NCBI GenBank assembly: GCA_963740315.1
Contig: CAVUDP010000001.1
Location: forward strand, 1,376,001 to 1,440,000
Reading direction: 5' to 3'
DNA length: 64,000 nt
DNA from: an uncultured cyanobacterium
GTDB lineage: Bacteria > Cyanobacteriota > Cyanobacteriia > Cyanobacteriales > Nostocaceae
In this document: positions 42,700 to 52,600 of the stretch, piece after piece
Numbering within the stretch: position 1 is the stretch's first letter
Layout: every line of letters begins with the position of its first letter
The notes under the pieces: generated by a model
What the model was told of the DNA's origin: nothing
Databases searched by the model: none
Seen by the model: only the letters and a program-made list of their open reading frames with translations
Program-made: the position numbers and the translations under genes

Positions 42700-43010
42700 A
42701 TCACTTAGCAGTTAATTTTCGTAGTGTTCGCGTCTCGCTCTTTGCAGATATCAAGCAAGATGCGGACACTACCAACCCCCGCTAACTTGGAAGTTTTAAG
42801 TAATTTATAAAAGTATTATCAAACTTCACTGATAATATATACAAATATAGTAAGATGTATAATTTATCTCGCTCAAATTGTTCATAATTACTTTTATTAC
42901 GAGTGATTTACTTTTTAGGTAGCGATAATATTTAATCTAAATATCGAAAGTTATGACGATCTTGCGGCTGTAACTATAGATAAGCCCGGTTTTTCAACCG
43001 ATTCTTATTA

Positions 43011-43213
43011 ATGGCAGTGCGTAACATATAGATCAAACAAAAAGAATTCTCCAATGCTTTAAGCGAGGGGATTAAGGGTTGCGTAGTTCACCCAAGGTTG
43101 GTTAACGTGCCAAGATATAAGCAGTCTTGCTGCTAGACGGTAGGATTGCTTATCTGATACGTGATACTAACTCAAACCAAGTAGATAGTCTATATATGTT
43201 TACACTTGACTAT
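43011..43213 (+). ncRNA. Candidate structured non-coding RNA, family not recognised
   Basis: 15-bp stem 43118-43132/43138-43152 with four G-U pairs valid only on the + strand, an extended rod, a closing stem and a downstream terminator. Confidence 0.35.
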
Positions 43214-43230
43214 GCAAAAGGCAACTATTT

Positions 43231-43267
43231 ACACTTGGTTAACCGTCTGGTTGCTAAGTGTTTTTTT
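43231..43267 (+). terminator. Intrinsic terminator
   Basis: ACACTTGGTTAACC-GTCT-GGTTGCTAAGTGT followed by a T run. Confidence 0.65.
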
Positions 43268-43321
43268 ATTAATAATTATGTGTGGGAATAAAGTGTACGC
43301 ACATCTCTAACACCATGCAAA

Positions 43322-43446
43322 ACCCCTTTAATCCCCCTAAATCCCCCTTACAAAAGGGGGACTTTAACTCCGATCCCCCCCTTCCTTTTATAAAGGGGGA
43401 CTTTAACTCCGGTTCCCCCCTTTTTTAAGGGGGGCTAGGGGGGATC
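43322..43446. repeat. CCCCC/GGGGG-rich dispersed palindromic repeat
   Basis: Same family at 26055-26086, 34505-34571 and 47720-47842. Confidence 0.75.
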
Positions 43447-43717
43447 GAAACGTTATGGAGCGCCATTCGATATTGTATGTACGCGGTAGCCTTAGAAGGG
43501 AAGGGGTGAGGTTAATTTGCATACAGTCAAAAGAATATATAATAAATAATTTTACATATTTACAGGTAGTATTAATATCAGGATCGGATATAAAGACCAC
43601 AAGAAAACACGCGACGCTCCGATTGAGAAGTCGGGTTTTTATAAAATTTGTAAGCGTATTACAGATACGTGTTCTAAAAACCCGACTTCTGACTATTAAA
43701 ATTAGGGGTGCGCTATT

Positions 43718-43798
43718 GTTGTTATATACACTCGTAATGCCAAAGGTAAGTGGTTGAGAAGTAGAGAAATATTGCCGCCGAAAGGTTCTGAAGCCGAA
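43718..43798 (+). pseudogene. Remnant of a paralogue of the 48463-49614 gene
   Basis: VVIYTRNAKGKWLRSREILPPKGSEAE versus VVIYTHDAKGKWLRTREILPPKGSEAE at 48664-48744 (24/27 aa identical). Confidence 0.85.
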
Positions 43799-44037
43799 GT
43801 TGCTGCTCATAATTCTTATAGAGGTCTTTTTCCGAACTGGAGATGTCTAATAAGAAAAGAGTTTTTTATAAACTTGTTTAAAGTCTGATTATGCTTTGAT
43901 TAAATATTTGTCATTTCTATAATCAAGGTACCTCCTAATACTTGGCTGTAACTCAGAGTAATGGTAATTTATTTAACACGTATGCCTATACGGACAGTTC
44001 TTACGCATTTATTAGTTACCATTAGCCCTTATAGAAC

Positions 44038-47000
44038 ATGGACAAAATTAATCTAAGTCAACTCAGCACTTTTACCAGCGAAGACGGCGCGGAAATTGTT
44101 GCTTATGACTCCACAACTCAACGGTTATTTGTAACAACTGGCGATACTGTAGAAATTGTTGATATTAGTAACCCAGCGAACCCTACAAAGTTTGGTGAAA
44201 TTTTTATCACTGACGTACTTGATGATAATTTTAGCGCTGGTGGTGCTAACAGCGTTGCAGTTAAAAACGGTATCGTTGCGATCGCAGTTGAAGCTGAAAA
44301 TAAGCAAGATAACGGTAAGGTTCTTTTCTACAGCACCGATGGCGAACTTCTATATGGGGTTACAGTTGGGGCGCTTCCCGATATGGTTACTTTTTCCCCC
44401 GACGGTAATAAGGTAATCGTCGCTAATGAAGGCGAACCAAATGATACATATGATAATGACCCGGAAGGTTCTATTAGTATCATTGATATTTCCAATGGTC
44501 TTAGTAGTGTAACTGATGCCAATGTCACAACTGCTTCTTTTACAGGTTTCAACGATCGCAAGCAAGAGTTAATTAACAAAGGCGTTCGTATCTTTGGTGA
44601 AACAGCGGATGGAACCGCTTCTACAGTTGCTCAAGACTTAGAACCAGAATACATCGCAGTATCAGCCGACGGTAAAACAGCAGTTGTTACCCTACAAGAA
44701 AATAACGCGATCGCAATTGTTGATATCGAAACTGCGATCGTACAAGATATCTTACCTTTGGGTTTCAAAGACTATAGCAAAGGTCAACCAACTCTCAAGC
44801 AATATCAGTTTTCTAACTTACCAGTTCTGGGTACAACTGCTACGGAAAACTCTGAAGATTCTACTGAAACGACCGTAGGACAAGATATCTTGCTTGGTGG
44901 TTTATCAGGTCTTTTTTATGAAGGAACAGCCGATAACGGTAATTTAAAGTTTGTTACCGTTCCCGATCGAGGTCCAAATGGTGCCCCTACTAATGTAGAC
45001 GATGACGATGCAAGCGAGCGTCCTTTTGCTTTACCCGACTATCAAGCCCAAGTTGTTAAGTTTGAACTCAACGAAACTACTGGTGCAATTGAAAATCTAT
45101 CATCCCTTTTATTAACCAGAAAAGACGGTACAACTCCCATTACTGGTCGTCCTAACATTGCTGGGGTTGATGAAGAACCTGTAGATTTGTTTGGTAATCT
45201 GCTCGGTTATGACGAATATGGTGCTGACTTAGAAGGTGTAGTAATTGCTCCTAACGGTAGCTACTGGATGGTTGACGAGTACCGTCCGGCTATTTACAAT
45301 TTTGATTCTACTGGTAAATTAATTGAGCGCTTTGTACCCGAAGGAACGGGTGCATTAGGCGAAAAAGCAGCCGGAACCTACGGTGCAGAAACTTTACCAG
45401 CAGAATATTCTAACCGCCGTTCTAATCGTGGTTTTGAAGCTGTAGCTCTGGATACCGACGAAAATATTCTCTACGCATTTATCCAGACACCTTTAGCTAA
45501 CCCAGATACAGCAGCTTCTAATGCTTCTGATGTCATTCGTATTCTGGGTATCAATCCTACTACAGGTGAGCCAGTTTCCGAGTATGTTTACTTACTCGAA
45601 GACCCCGCAGTTCGTCCCGGCGGTAGAGTTGATAAGATTGGTGATGCGGTTTATGCGGGTAACGGTAAATTCAAGGTGATCGAGCGCGATTCGGAAGTTG
45701 GTGCAAATGCCAAGAAACCCATTTTTGAAATCGATCTCAAAGGTGCGACAAACGTTCTTAATACTACTTCCTTATTACCAGGAAAAACCTTAGAACAGCA
45801 CACGGCAGATGAACTTATATCAGTAGGTATTAACCCCGTCAACAAAATCAAGGTAACAAACCTACCTTCAATCGGTTATCAAGCTGGTGATAAGCCCGAA
45901 GGTTTAGCATTGCTACCCGATCGACGTTTAGCCGTGCTTAACGACAACGACTTTGGTTTACTTGATGAAGAGATTCCCGTTGATGGAACAGTTCCCCTAA
46001 ACTCCAACCCCACACCCGTTGTATTGGGAATTATCGATTTTGCAGAAGGTAATAAACTCGATGCGAGTAACGAAGATGGTCAAATCAACCTGCAAAATTA
46101 TCCCGTCTTTGGGATGTATCAACCGGATGCGATCGATAGCTTTGAAGTAGATGGTAAAACCTACTACATTACTGCTAACGAAGGAGATGCCCGCATTCGT
46201 CCCGATGGTGATATTGAAGATGAAAATGGTGATGTAATTGTAGAAGAAGGCGATATCTTCAACGAAGAAAAACGCATAGCTAAAGTAGACTTAGATCCAG
46301 ACGTTTTCCCCGACGCTGACGAATTACAGAAAGAAGAAAATCTTGGTCGCTTGAAAATTACCAAAACTCTTGGCGATTTGGATGGAGACGGTGATTTTGA
46401 CCAGTTATTTAGTTACGGCGCTCGTTCCTTCTCGATTTGGGATGAATTTGGCAACCAAGTATTTGACAGCGGCGATCAAATCGCTCAAATTACTGCCGCA
46501 CAAACTCCCGAACTCTTCAACGCTAACGATGGAATTGCAGAAGAATTTGACGATCGCTCCGATGATAAAGGTGCCGAACCCGAATCTGTAACTGTTGGAA
46601 TGGTAGATGGTAAGCCTTACGGATTTGTTGGTTTAGAACGTGCTGGTGGTGGTGTCTTGGTTTACGATTTGAGCAACCCAACCGCGCCCTCGTTTATCCA
46701 GTACATTCGCACAGAAGGCGATATTGCTCCCGAAGGATTGCAGTTTATTACGGCTGTTGATAGTCCTAATGGTAGTCCTTTGTTAGCTGTTGCGAATGAA
46801 GAAAGCAATACTACCACACTTTACGAAATTGCTTCCCTAACTGCATCTGGGGAAAATGAAATCTTTACTACAGATGTTGATGGGACTACAGTTGAACTAA
46901 TTGACCTACGCGGTTTCGATGGTCAAGCAACAGTAAATTACACTATTAGCAGAGAAGCTGACTTCGATAACGAAGTTTACTTCTACAAAGTTGATGATAT

Positions 47001-47352
47001 CAACGGTAGTGTTAATGGTGTAGGAGTTGGTGAAGAAGGTTACTTACAAGCCGCTTTAGCAAGACTTGCTTCTCCCGAATTTTCCACCAGCGACGACAAT
47101 ACAGAAAGCGGTAGCGTTCAATTTGACGCAGGTTCGATTGTTGTTCCAGTAATTATCGCCGATGGTAATTTATCTGAAGCGTTAAGTGGTGTGGCAGAGG
47201 TTTATTTCCCATACTTAGGATCTAACACCGATAACGGTACATTCGACCACATTAAGTTATTGGATGATAGCACCTTCGGTTTTGAAGACTTACCCAACGG
47301 TGGTGACGCAGACTTCAACGACATCATTATCAAGATCGAAAGCATTGCTTAA
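44038..47352 (+). CDS. Choice-of-anchor I protein with inserted esterase-like-phytase domain and C-terminal DUF4114
   Basis: VANEGEP, DLEPEYIAVS; LGGLSGL, PDRGPN, DLEG, VDEYRP, NRGFEAVA, KPEGL, NDNDF; RSDDKGAEPE; GFEDLPNGGD. Confidence 0.85.
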   Translation: MDKINLSQLSTFTSEDGAEIVAYDSTTQRLFVTTGDTVEIVDISNPANPTKFGEIFITDVLDDNFSAGGANSVAVKNGIVAIAVEAENKQDNGKVLFYSTDGELLYGVTVGALPDMVTFSPDGNKVIVANEGEPNDTYDNDPEGSISIIDISNGLSSVTDANVTTASFTGFNDRKQELINKGVRIFGETADGTASTVAQDLEPEYIAVSADGKTAVVTLQENNAIAIVDIETAIVQDILPLGFKDYSKGQPTLKQYQFSNLPVLGTTATENSEDSTETTVGQDILLGGLSGLFYEGTADNGNLKFVTVPDRGPNGAPTNVDDDDASERPFALPDYQAQVVKFELNETTGAIENLSSLLLTRKDGTTPITGRPNIAGVDEEPVDLFGNLLGYDEYGADLEGVVIAPNGSYWMVDEYRPAIYNFDSTGKLIERFVPEGTGALGEKAAGTYGAETLPAEYSNRRSNRGFEAVALDTDENILYAFIQTPLANPDTAASNASDVIRILGINPTTGEPVSEYVYLLEDPAVRPGGRVDKIGDAVYAGNGKFKVIERDSEVGANAKKPIFEIDLKGATNVLNTTSLLPGKTLEQHTADELISVGINPVNKIKVTNLPSIGYQAGDKPEGLALLPDRRLAVLNDNDFGLLDEEIPVDGTVPLNSNPTPVVLGIIDFAEGNKLDASNEDGQINLQNYPVFGMYQPDAIDSFEVDGKTYYITANEGDARIRPDGDIEDENGDVIVEEGDIFNEEKRIAKVDLDPDVFPDADELQKEENLGRLKITKTLGDLDGDGDFDQLFSYGARSFSIWDEFGNQVFDSGDQIAQITAAQTPELFNANDGIAEEFDDRSDDKGAEPESVTVGMVDGKPYGFVGLERAGGGVLVYDLSNPTAPSFIQYIRTEGDIAPEGLQFITAVDSPNGSPLLAVANEESNTTTLYEIASLTASGENEIFTTDVDGTTVELIDLRGFDGQATVNYTISREADFDNEVYFYKVDDINGSVNGVGVGEEGYLQAALARLASPEFSTSDDNTESGSVQFDAGSIVVPVIIADGNLSEALSGVAEVYFPYLGSNTDNGTFDHIKLLDDSTFGFEDLPNGGDADFNDIIIKIESIA

Positions 47353-47375
47353 ATCACTTAGCAGTTAACAATTCT

Positions 47376-47510
47376 GGCGTTGCGTTCGGCAGTTGGGTGA
47401 AGTTGTGATTTCACATTGTTGAAGACGTAGCAGTGCTACGTCTCTACACAGGTTTCCTATTTAATACAATATGTAGGTAAATATAATTCACTATTTAATT
47501 CAGCAACGCC
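47376..47510. mobile_element. 135-bp MITE with 8-bp target-site duplication
   Basis: Ends GGCGTTGC/GCAACGCC. ACAATTCT at 47368-47375 and 47511-47518. Absent from duplication copy 1. Confidence 0.85.
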
Positions 47511-47627
47511 ACAATTCTAGTCAATTTTCGTAGTGTTCGCGTCTCGCTCTTTGCAGATATCAAGCAAGATGCGGACACTAACAACCCCCGCTAATTTGGA
47601 AGTTTTAAGTAATTTATAAAAGTATTT

Positions 47628-47664
47628 ACACTTAGTAACCAGACGGTTGACTAAGTGTTTTTTT
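47628..47664 (+). terminator. Intrinsic terminator (hairpin inverted relative to 43231)
   Basis: ACACTTAGTAACC-AGAC-GGTTGACTAAGTGT followed by a T run. Confidence 0.6.
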
Positions 47665-48462
47665 ATTAATAATTATGTGTGGGAATAAAGTGTACACACA
47701 TATCCAACACCATGCAAAACCCCTTTCGATCCCCCTAAATCCCCCTTAAGAAGGGGGACTTTAACTCCGGTTCCCTCCTTCCTTTTATAAAGGGAATTTT
47801 AACTCCGGTTCCCCCCAACTCAGCGGGGGGTTAGGGGGGATCGAAACGTTATGGAGTACCATTCGATATTGTATGTACGCGGTAGCCTTGGAAGGGGTGA
47901 GGTTAATTTATATGCGATCAAAAGAATATATAATAAGTATTTTTACAGATTTACAGGTAGTATTTATATCAGGTATTCTTTTTATAAGATTCTGAAATGA
48001 AGCGATTACAACAATAAGCAAAGGCGTGTTTATCTACATTTCAGTATCTAAATAAACATACTTTTGCGCTCAGGAATCATATTAAAGCTGCACTACTGTT
48101 TTATCTGTAAATAGTTAATTTTTTGTTGTATTGGATAAATATATTACGCATTTTGACAATCCGCGATCGTGTTTACGTAGGATGTCTTAAATTCTGCGAC
48201 AATTCTTACTATTGCGCTAACTAATCTACTTTTAATAAAAGGTATGTTATGAATGGTGCTGCGTAAAATGCTTCCACGCATAAAAGGTGGGGGTAGATAA
48301 CTGTTGGAATTGCGTAATATCTGGTATTACCGTTCGTATTAATTATCGGGTAAAAAGAGCAGTTAGCTTGCAATTTACCTACATCATGCTGTCCATCTGT
48401 AAACAATATTCATATGAGTGGGAATAATATTTACAGGTGAACTGTAATTATTTGACAAAAAA

Positions 48463-49614
48463 ATGAACTTATCCCGCAGGTCGAATCGTATGAAAATTAT
48501 CTACTCAATTCTTGGAGTTTTATTTGTAATGGTGTTTGCGATCAGAATTAGCTCAACTCCCCAAAGCTGCTTGGTGTCACAACCCGGTGACAGTGAGTCA
48601 TTTGCCAATGCTTCGGCAATTAACGATAAATATTTAGCTGTCGGCGACCCGGAAGCAAATCGTGTTGTTATATACACTCATGATGCCAAGGGTAAATGGT
48701 TGAGAACCAGAGAAATATTGCCACCAAAAGGGTCTGAAGCTGAAGCGGTTGGTTCTGGGTTTGGTTCTAGTGTTTCTTTAGACAAATCAACTTTAGTTAT
48801 TGGTGCATTTGCTAGAAAACATAAGCCAAAGAACCCAGAACTGTTTCAATATACTAATCAACTTGGAATGTCCTACTCAGGAGGGGTATACAAGACTACG
48901 CTTGACAAGGAAACACAAGTACAACGTATTGATGTGGTTTCTAAAGGAGAAGTACCAGGTCTTTCAATTTCTGCGGATGGAGAAACAATTGCTTACAGTA
49001 CTATGCGAGAAGGAGAAGATGGAAGATTAATTGGTAAAATTCATTTATTGTCAGATGGCAATATAAAGCATATTGTATCGCCAACAGATAGTGGAGCGCA
49101 CGGATTTGATGTGGGTATCGCTCTTAAAAATAATTTGCTGGTTGCCGGTTCTGGGTTGGATGCTCCTATGGGAGCGGCTTGGTTATTTGACTTAAAAGCA
49201 CCAAAAAGTAAACCCCAAAGACTAGCTATTCCCAATGAGTATATTGGAGGGATTGTGGCAATTTCAGATCGGTTTGTTGCGGTCAGTACAGCTACAGCAA
49301 ATAATTACCTTATGCCTACGAAAACGTTAATTGTGTCAATTGAAGACGGTTCAACAACAGTTATTGATGGAGTTGGGGTACTGTCTTTAGATCGCAATAT
49401 TTTGGCAAGAATGCATCCACATTCAACAGCATACGATGGAGTACCAGAACAACAAGCCCTCTTAGAGCTATTCGATCTTACCAATTTTAATGAACCTCGT
49501 CTTATAGTCAAGCGTGGAGGTATCGAGGGTGCTTATGTGCAAAACAACTTTTTGATAACTATTCCAAAATCTTACTTTAGAAGAAAAATTTGCATAGAGC
49601 AAGTTACTAAGTGA
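48463..49614 (+). CDS. Exported beta-propeller-like (FG-GAP-like) hypothetical protein
   Basis: Hydrophobic N terminus (MKIIYSILGVLFVMVFA). Repeats YLAVGDP, GFGSSVSL..LVIGA, GAAWLFD. Confidence 0.6.
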   Translation: MNLSRRSNRMKIIYSILGVLFVMVFAIRISSTPQSCLVSQPGDSESFANASAINDKYLAVGDPEANRVVIYTHDAKGKWLRTREILPPKGSEAEAVGSGFGSSVSLDKSTLVIGAFARKHKPKNPELFQYTNQLGMSYSGGVYKTTLDKETQVQRIDVVSKGEVPGLSISADGETIAYSTMREGEDGRLIGKIHLLSDGNIKHIVSPTDSGAHGFDVGIALKNNLLVAGSGLDAPMGAAWLFDLKAPKSKPQRLAIPNEYIGGIVAISDRFVAVSTATANNYLMPTKTLIVSIEDGSTTVIDGVGVLSLDRNILARMHPHSTAYDGVPEQQALLELFDLTNFNEPRLIVKRGGIEGAYVQNNFLITIPKSYFRRKICIEQVTK

Positions 49615-49681
49615 GGTTTGATGCCTTAATTTTCTTTTTTTCGTTTCAACTAATTCACATTAACTAAAGGAGACTAATGAA

Positions 49682-52600
49682 ATGGGCGTAATCGGTTCTG
49701 ATAGCAGAGAAATTGTGACTTCGTTTGGAACATTACCTATTTCTACAGTTACTGCTGTAGATATTCAATACGACAATACGATTCCTAACAGGAATCGTAT
49801 TGGCTCTGGAATTGTCATAGCTCCATATCATGTACTCACTGCTGCTCATAATGCTTATAACACAAAGAATAATATAAGACCTGTCAGTTTACGAACAACC
49901 ACCAGCGCAAATCAGAACAGCTTAAATTCACGTAATATCAATACACCTGGTGCTGGCGACCCAAATGCAAATGTCACAAACGTTAATTTTCTAGCCAGTT
50001 TTGATCAAACGGAAGCTAATGGAGATGATATTGCTCTTTTTACAACTAGCGATGCGCCAATTGCGGCAAGTAATGTAATTGGTCTTATGGCGTTTGTAAA
50101 TCCTGAAACGGCTAAAGGTTTTACCATTGATACAGCAGGATATCCTGGAGATAACGTTCCTAACGCAAATCGTGGTATCCCAGGTATCTCAGGTAATAGT
50201 GGATTGTTCGGACGCGATTTAGTACGTTCACCAGGTACAGCGCAATCACCAGGTAAAATTGCATATACAATTGGGAAAAGTTTTTTTTACTCTCCAGATG
50301 TTGATACTGCTGGTGGTCAGAGCGGAAGTGGTGTTTGGCACACTCTTGAGGGTGACGATAAACCTCGTGTCTTAGGCGTTCATGCTTATGGACCTAGCAT
50401 TGATCCTAATATTTCAGCTTTTTTTGGTCTAAAAAATAGCGGTACTTTAGTTACCACAGATATTTATGACGAAATCATGACCCAGATTGAAGAAGATTCT
50501 GGAACTGGCAATGCTAACGAACTCCCAGAAAACGCAATCATTGGTAGTGATAGAAATGTCAAAACTTTCAACTTACCTGTGGATGGTACTGAATTTGTCT
50601 CAATAAGCGGTGGCAACGATTACATCCACGGTTCTTACCGTAAAGAAAGAATTCTAGGCAGAAGTGGAAATGACAGAATATTTGGTGGTGGTGCAGACGA
50701 CCGCTTAGAAGGTGGGGACGGAGTTGACCAAGCCCTCTTCTCCGACATCTTCACCAACTACGAATTTACTATTACTGACCCTTCCAATCCTGCATTTGAA
50801 TTCCGACACACAAAAGGAAGCAAGAAAGACGCAACAGACAAAACTAAAGATATTGAATTTGGTGTCTTTGAATTTGAAGATACAGATAAAGATGGGAACG
50901 ACGATGATGGAAAACTTTTCTATGTACCCCTGCAAGTTGACCCCGAAGACAACACAAAACTAAAAGATGGTGCAATAATCACTCCTGAAAAAGATATTTT
51001 CAACAAAGATGGTGAAAAGATTGGCACAATAACTGTTGAATCTCCAGCTTGGATGTTTGATGGAGATGTAAGATACACCCTAAATATTGGTTCCGAACAG
51101 GGACTTTTATACAATTTTGCTTACATCATTGACACTTCGGGCAGTATGAGCGGAACACCGCTTGCAGAAGCTAAAACTGCTTATCAAACACTAACTCAAT
51201 CTTTGATGAATACTAGTGTTGCTGGCAATTCGGATAGATTGCCTGTAATGCCTAACAGTATTGCCGGAAATAGTGAATTTGCTGTGATACCATTCAACAG
51301 TTCTGCATCATTAATCGCTCCATTGAGTGCGTCTTCAGCAATTTCTACTATCGATGGATTATCCGCCGACGGTGGTACATATTTTGGAGATGCTCTGACT
51401 AAAGCGCAAGAGTTTTTTACCTCACCATCCCGTAATAATAGTGCAACTAATATCGCTTACTTCTTATCAGATGGTTATGGTTCAGGCGCTAGTGCCAGCT
51501 TGCAATCTGTGGCAGAGGTTCGCGCTTTCGGTATTGGAGGGGCTGATTTATCTACCTTAAATATTATCGATTCCGATAATGCCGTTTTGCTTTCAGACCC
51601 TGCTGACTTAGTTACAGAGTTTAATACATCAACCATAGATAAAAATACCATCGAGCGTATTGACGTGAAGTTAGGTGTAACCGTAGTTGATACAATTACT
51701 CCAGAAGAATTGGTTGAGAATACACTTGGCTTACAATACAAAGGTACTATTGAGGATCTCGAAGTTACTCGAACCGCGCAGAACGAGATTTCATTTGATG
51801 TAGTGTTTAAAGATGATACTCCTACCGCTTCTCTCGACTATAAAATTACCACAGGTCAGGAAGAGGTAAAACAGCAAACGAATGATGGAGAAAAAGAAGT
51901 AAATATCTTTGGTGTTAACCAAACTGATTTTACTGGTACCTCGGAGGAACAATCAGCAAAACAAGAAATTATCGGAAACGATTTGGACAATAATATAGAA
52001 GTCCAAAATAATAAAAATACCATTTTTGGCAATGGAGGTAATGACCGTTTCAAACTCTGGGGTGGTGTCAATCTGATAGATGGTGGAGAAGGAATTGATA
52101 CTGTTGAAATCAATAAAACGCAGGCTCAAGCAGGTGGTGTTTCTAAGAGCGGGAATACAGTTAATATCGGAACCGATAATACTTTACTAAACGTAGAATT
52201 TATCCAATTCAGCGATGTTCGCTTGGCTGTTGATACATTAGCGGTTACACCAACAATATCTTTAGCAAATCAAGGTATCTTAATCGCAGAAAGCAATACT
52301 GGTTCTACTACTGCTACTTTTACCGTCAATCTTTCGAGTACCGCAACTGAAGATGTTGTAATCGATTTCACAACTCGCTCGGATGATGCTGAAGTAGGAA
52401 CTGATTTTGTAGAAAATACAGGTCAATTAACAATTACTGCGGGAGAAACTTCGGGTGATATTACCTTAGAAATATTAGACGATACCAATGTTGAAGGAAA
52501 TGAAACTCTATTTCTTGATTTGAGCGTGGTTTCTGGTGGTACATTTGCTAATGGAGGAATTACGGAAACTGCTGGGGTCAAAATTCTTGATGATGATAGT

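Larger units (their letters stand above)
42271..43582 (+). repeat. Segmental duplication, copy 1 (copy 2 at 46924-47973)
   Basis: The DUF4114 coding end, stop and downstream non-coding DNA align at offset 4653. A roughly 400-bp block (42818-43229) is present only in copy 1. Confidence 0.9.
46924..47973 (+). repeat. Segmental duplication, copy 2
   Basis: Aligns with 42271-43582 and carries an extra MITE. Confidence 0.9.

Noticed and set aside
43011..43213. Firm call as retron ncRNA, 6S RNA, omega-RNA or riboswitch
   Set aside because: Only the gross layout is similar, with no recognisable consensus and no partner protein in the window. Kept as an unassigned candidate.
43403..43810. ORF-track calls 43403-43810 (-) and 43455-43757 (+)
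   Set aside because: They run through dispersed repeats and the gene relic, with non-protein-like composition.
43838..43850. GGAGATGTCTA as a possible IS end
   Set aside because: No matching opposite end or target duplication found nearby.
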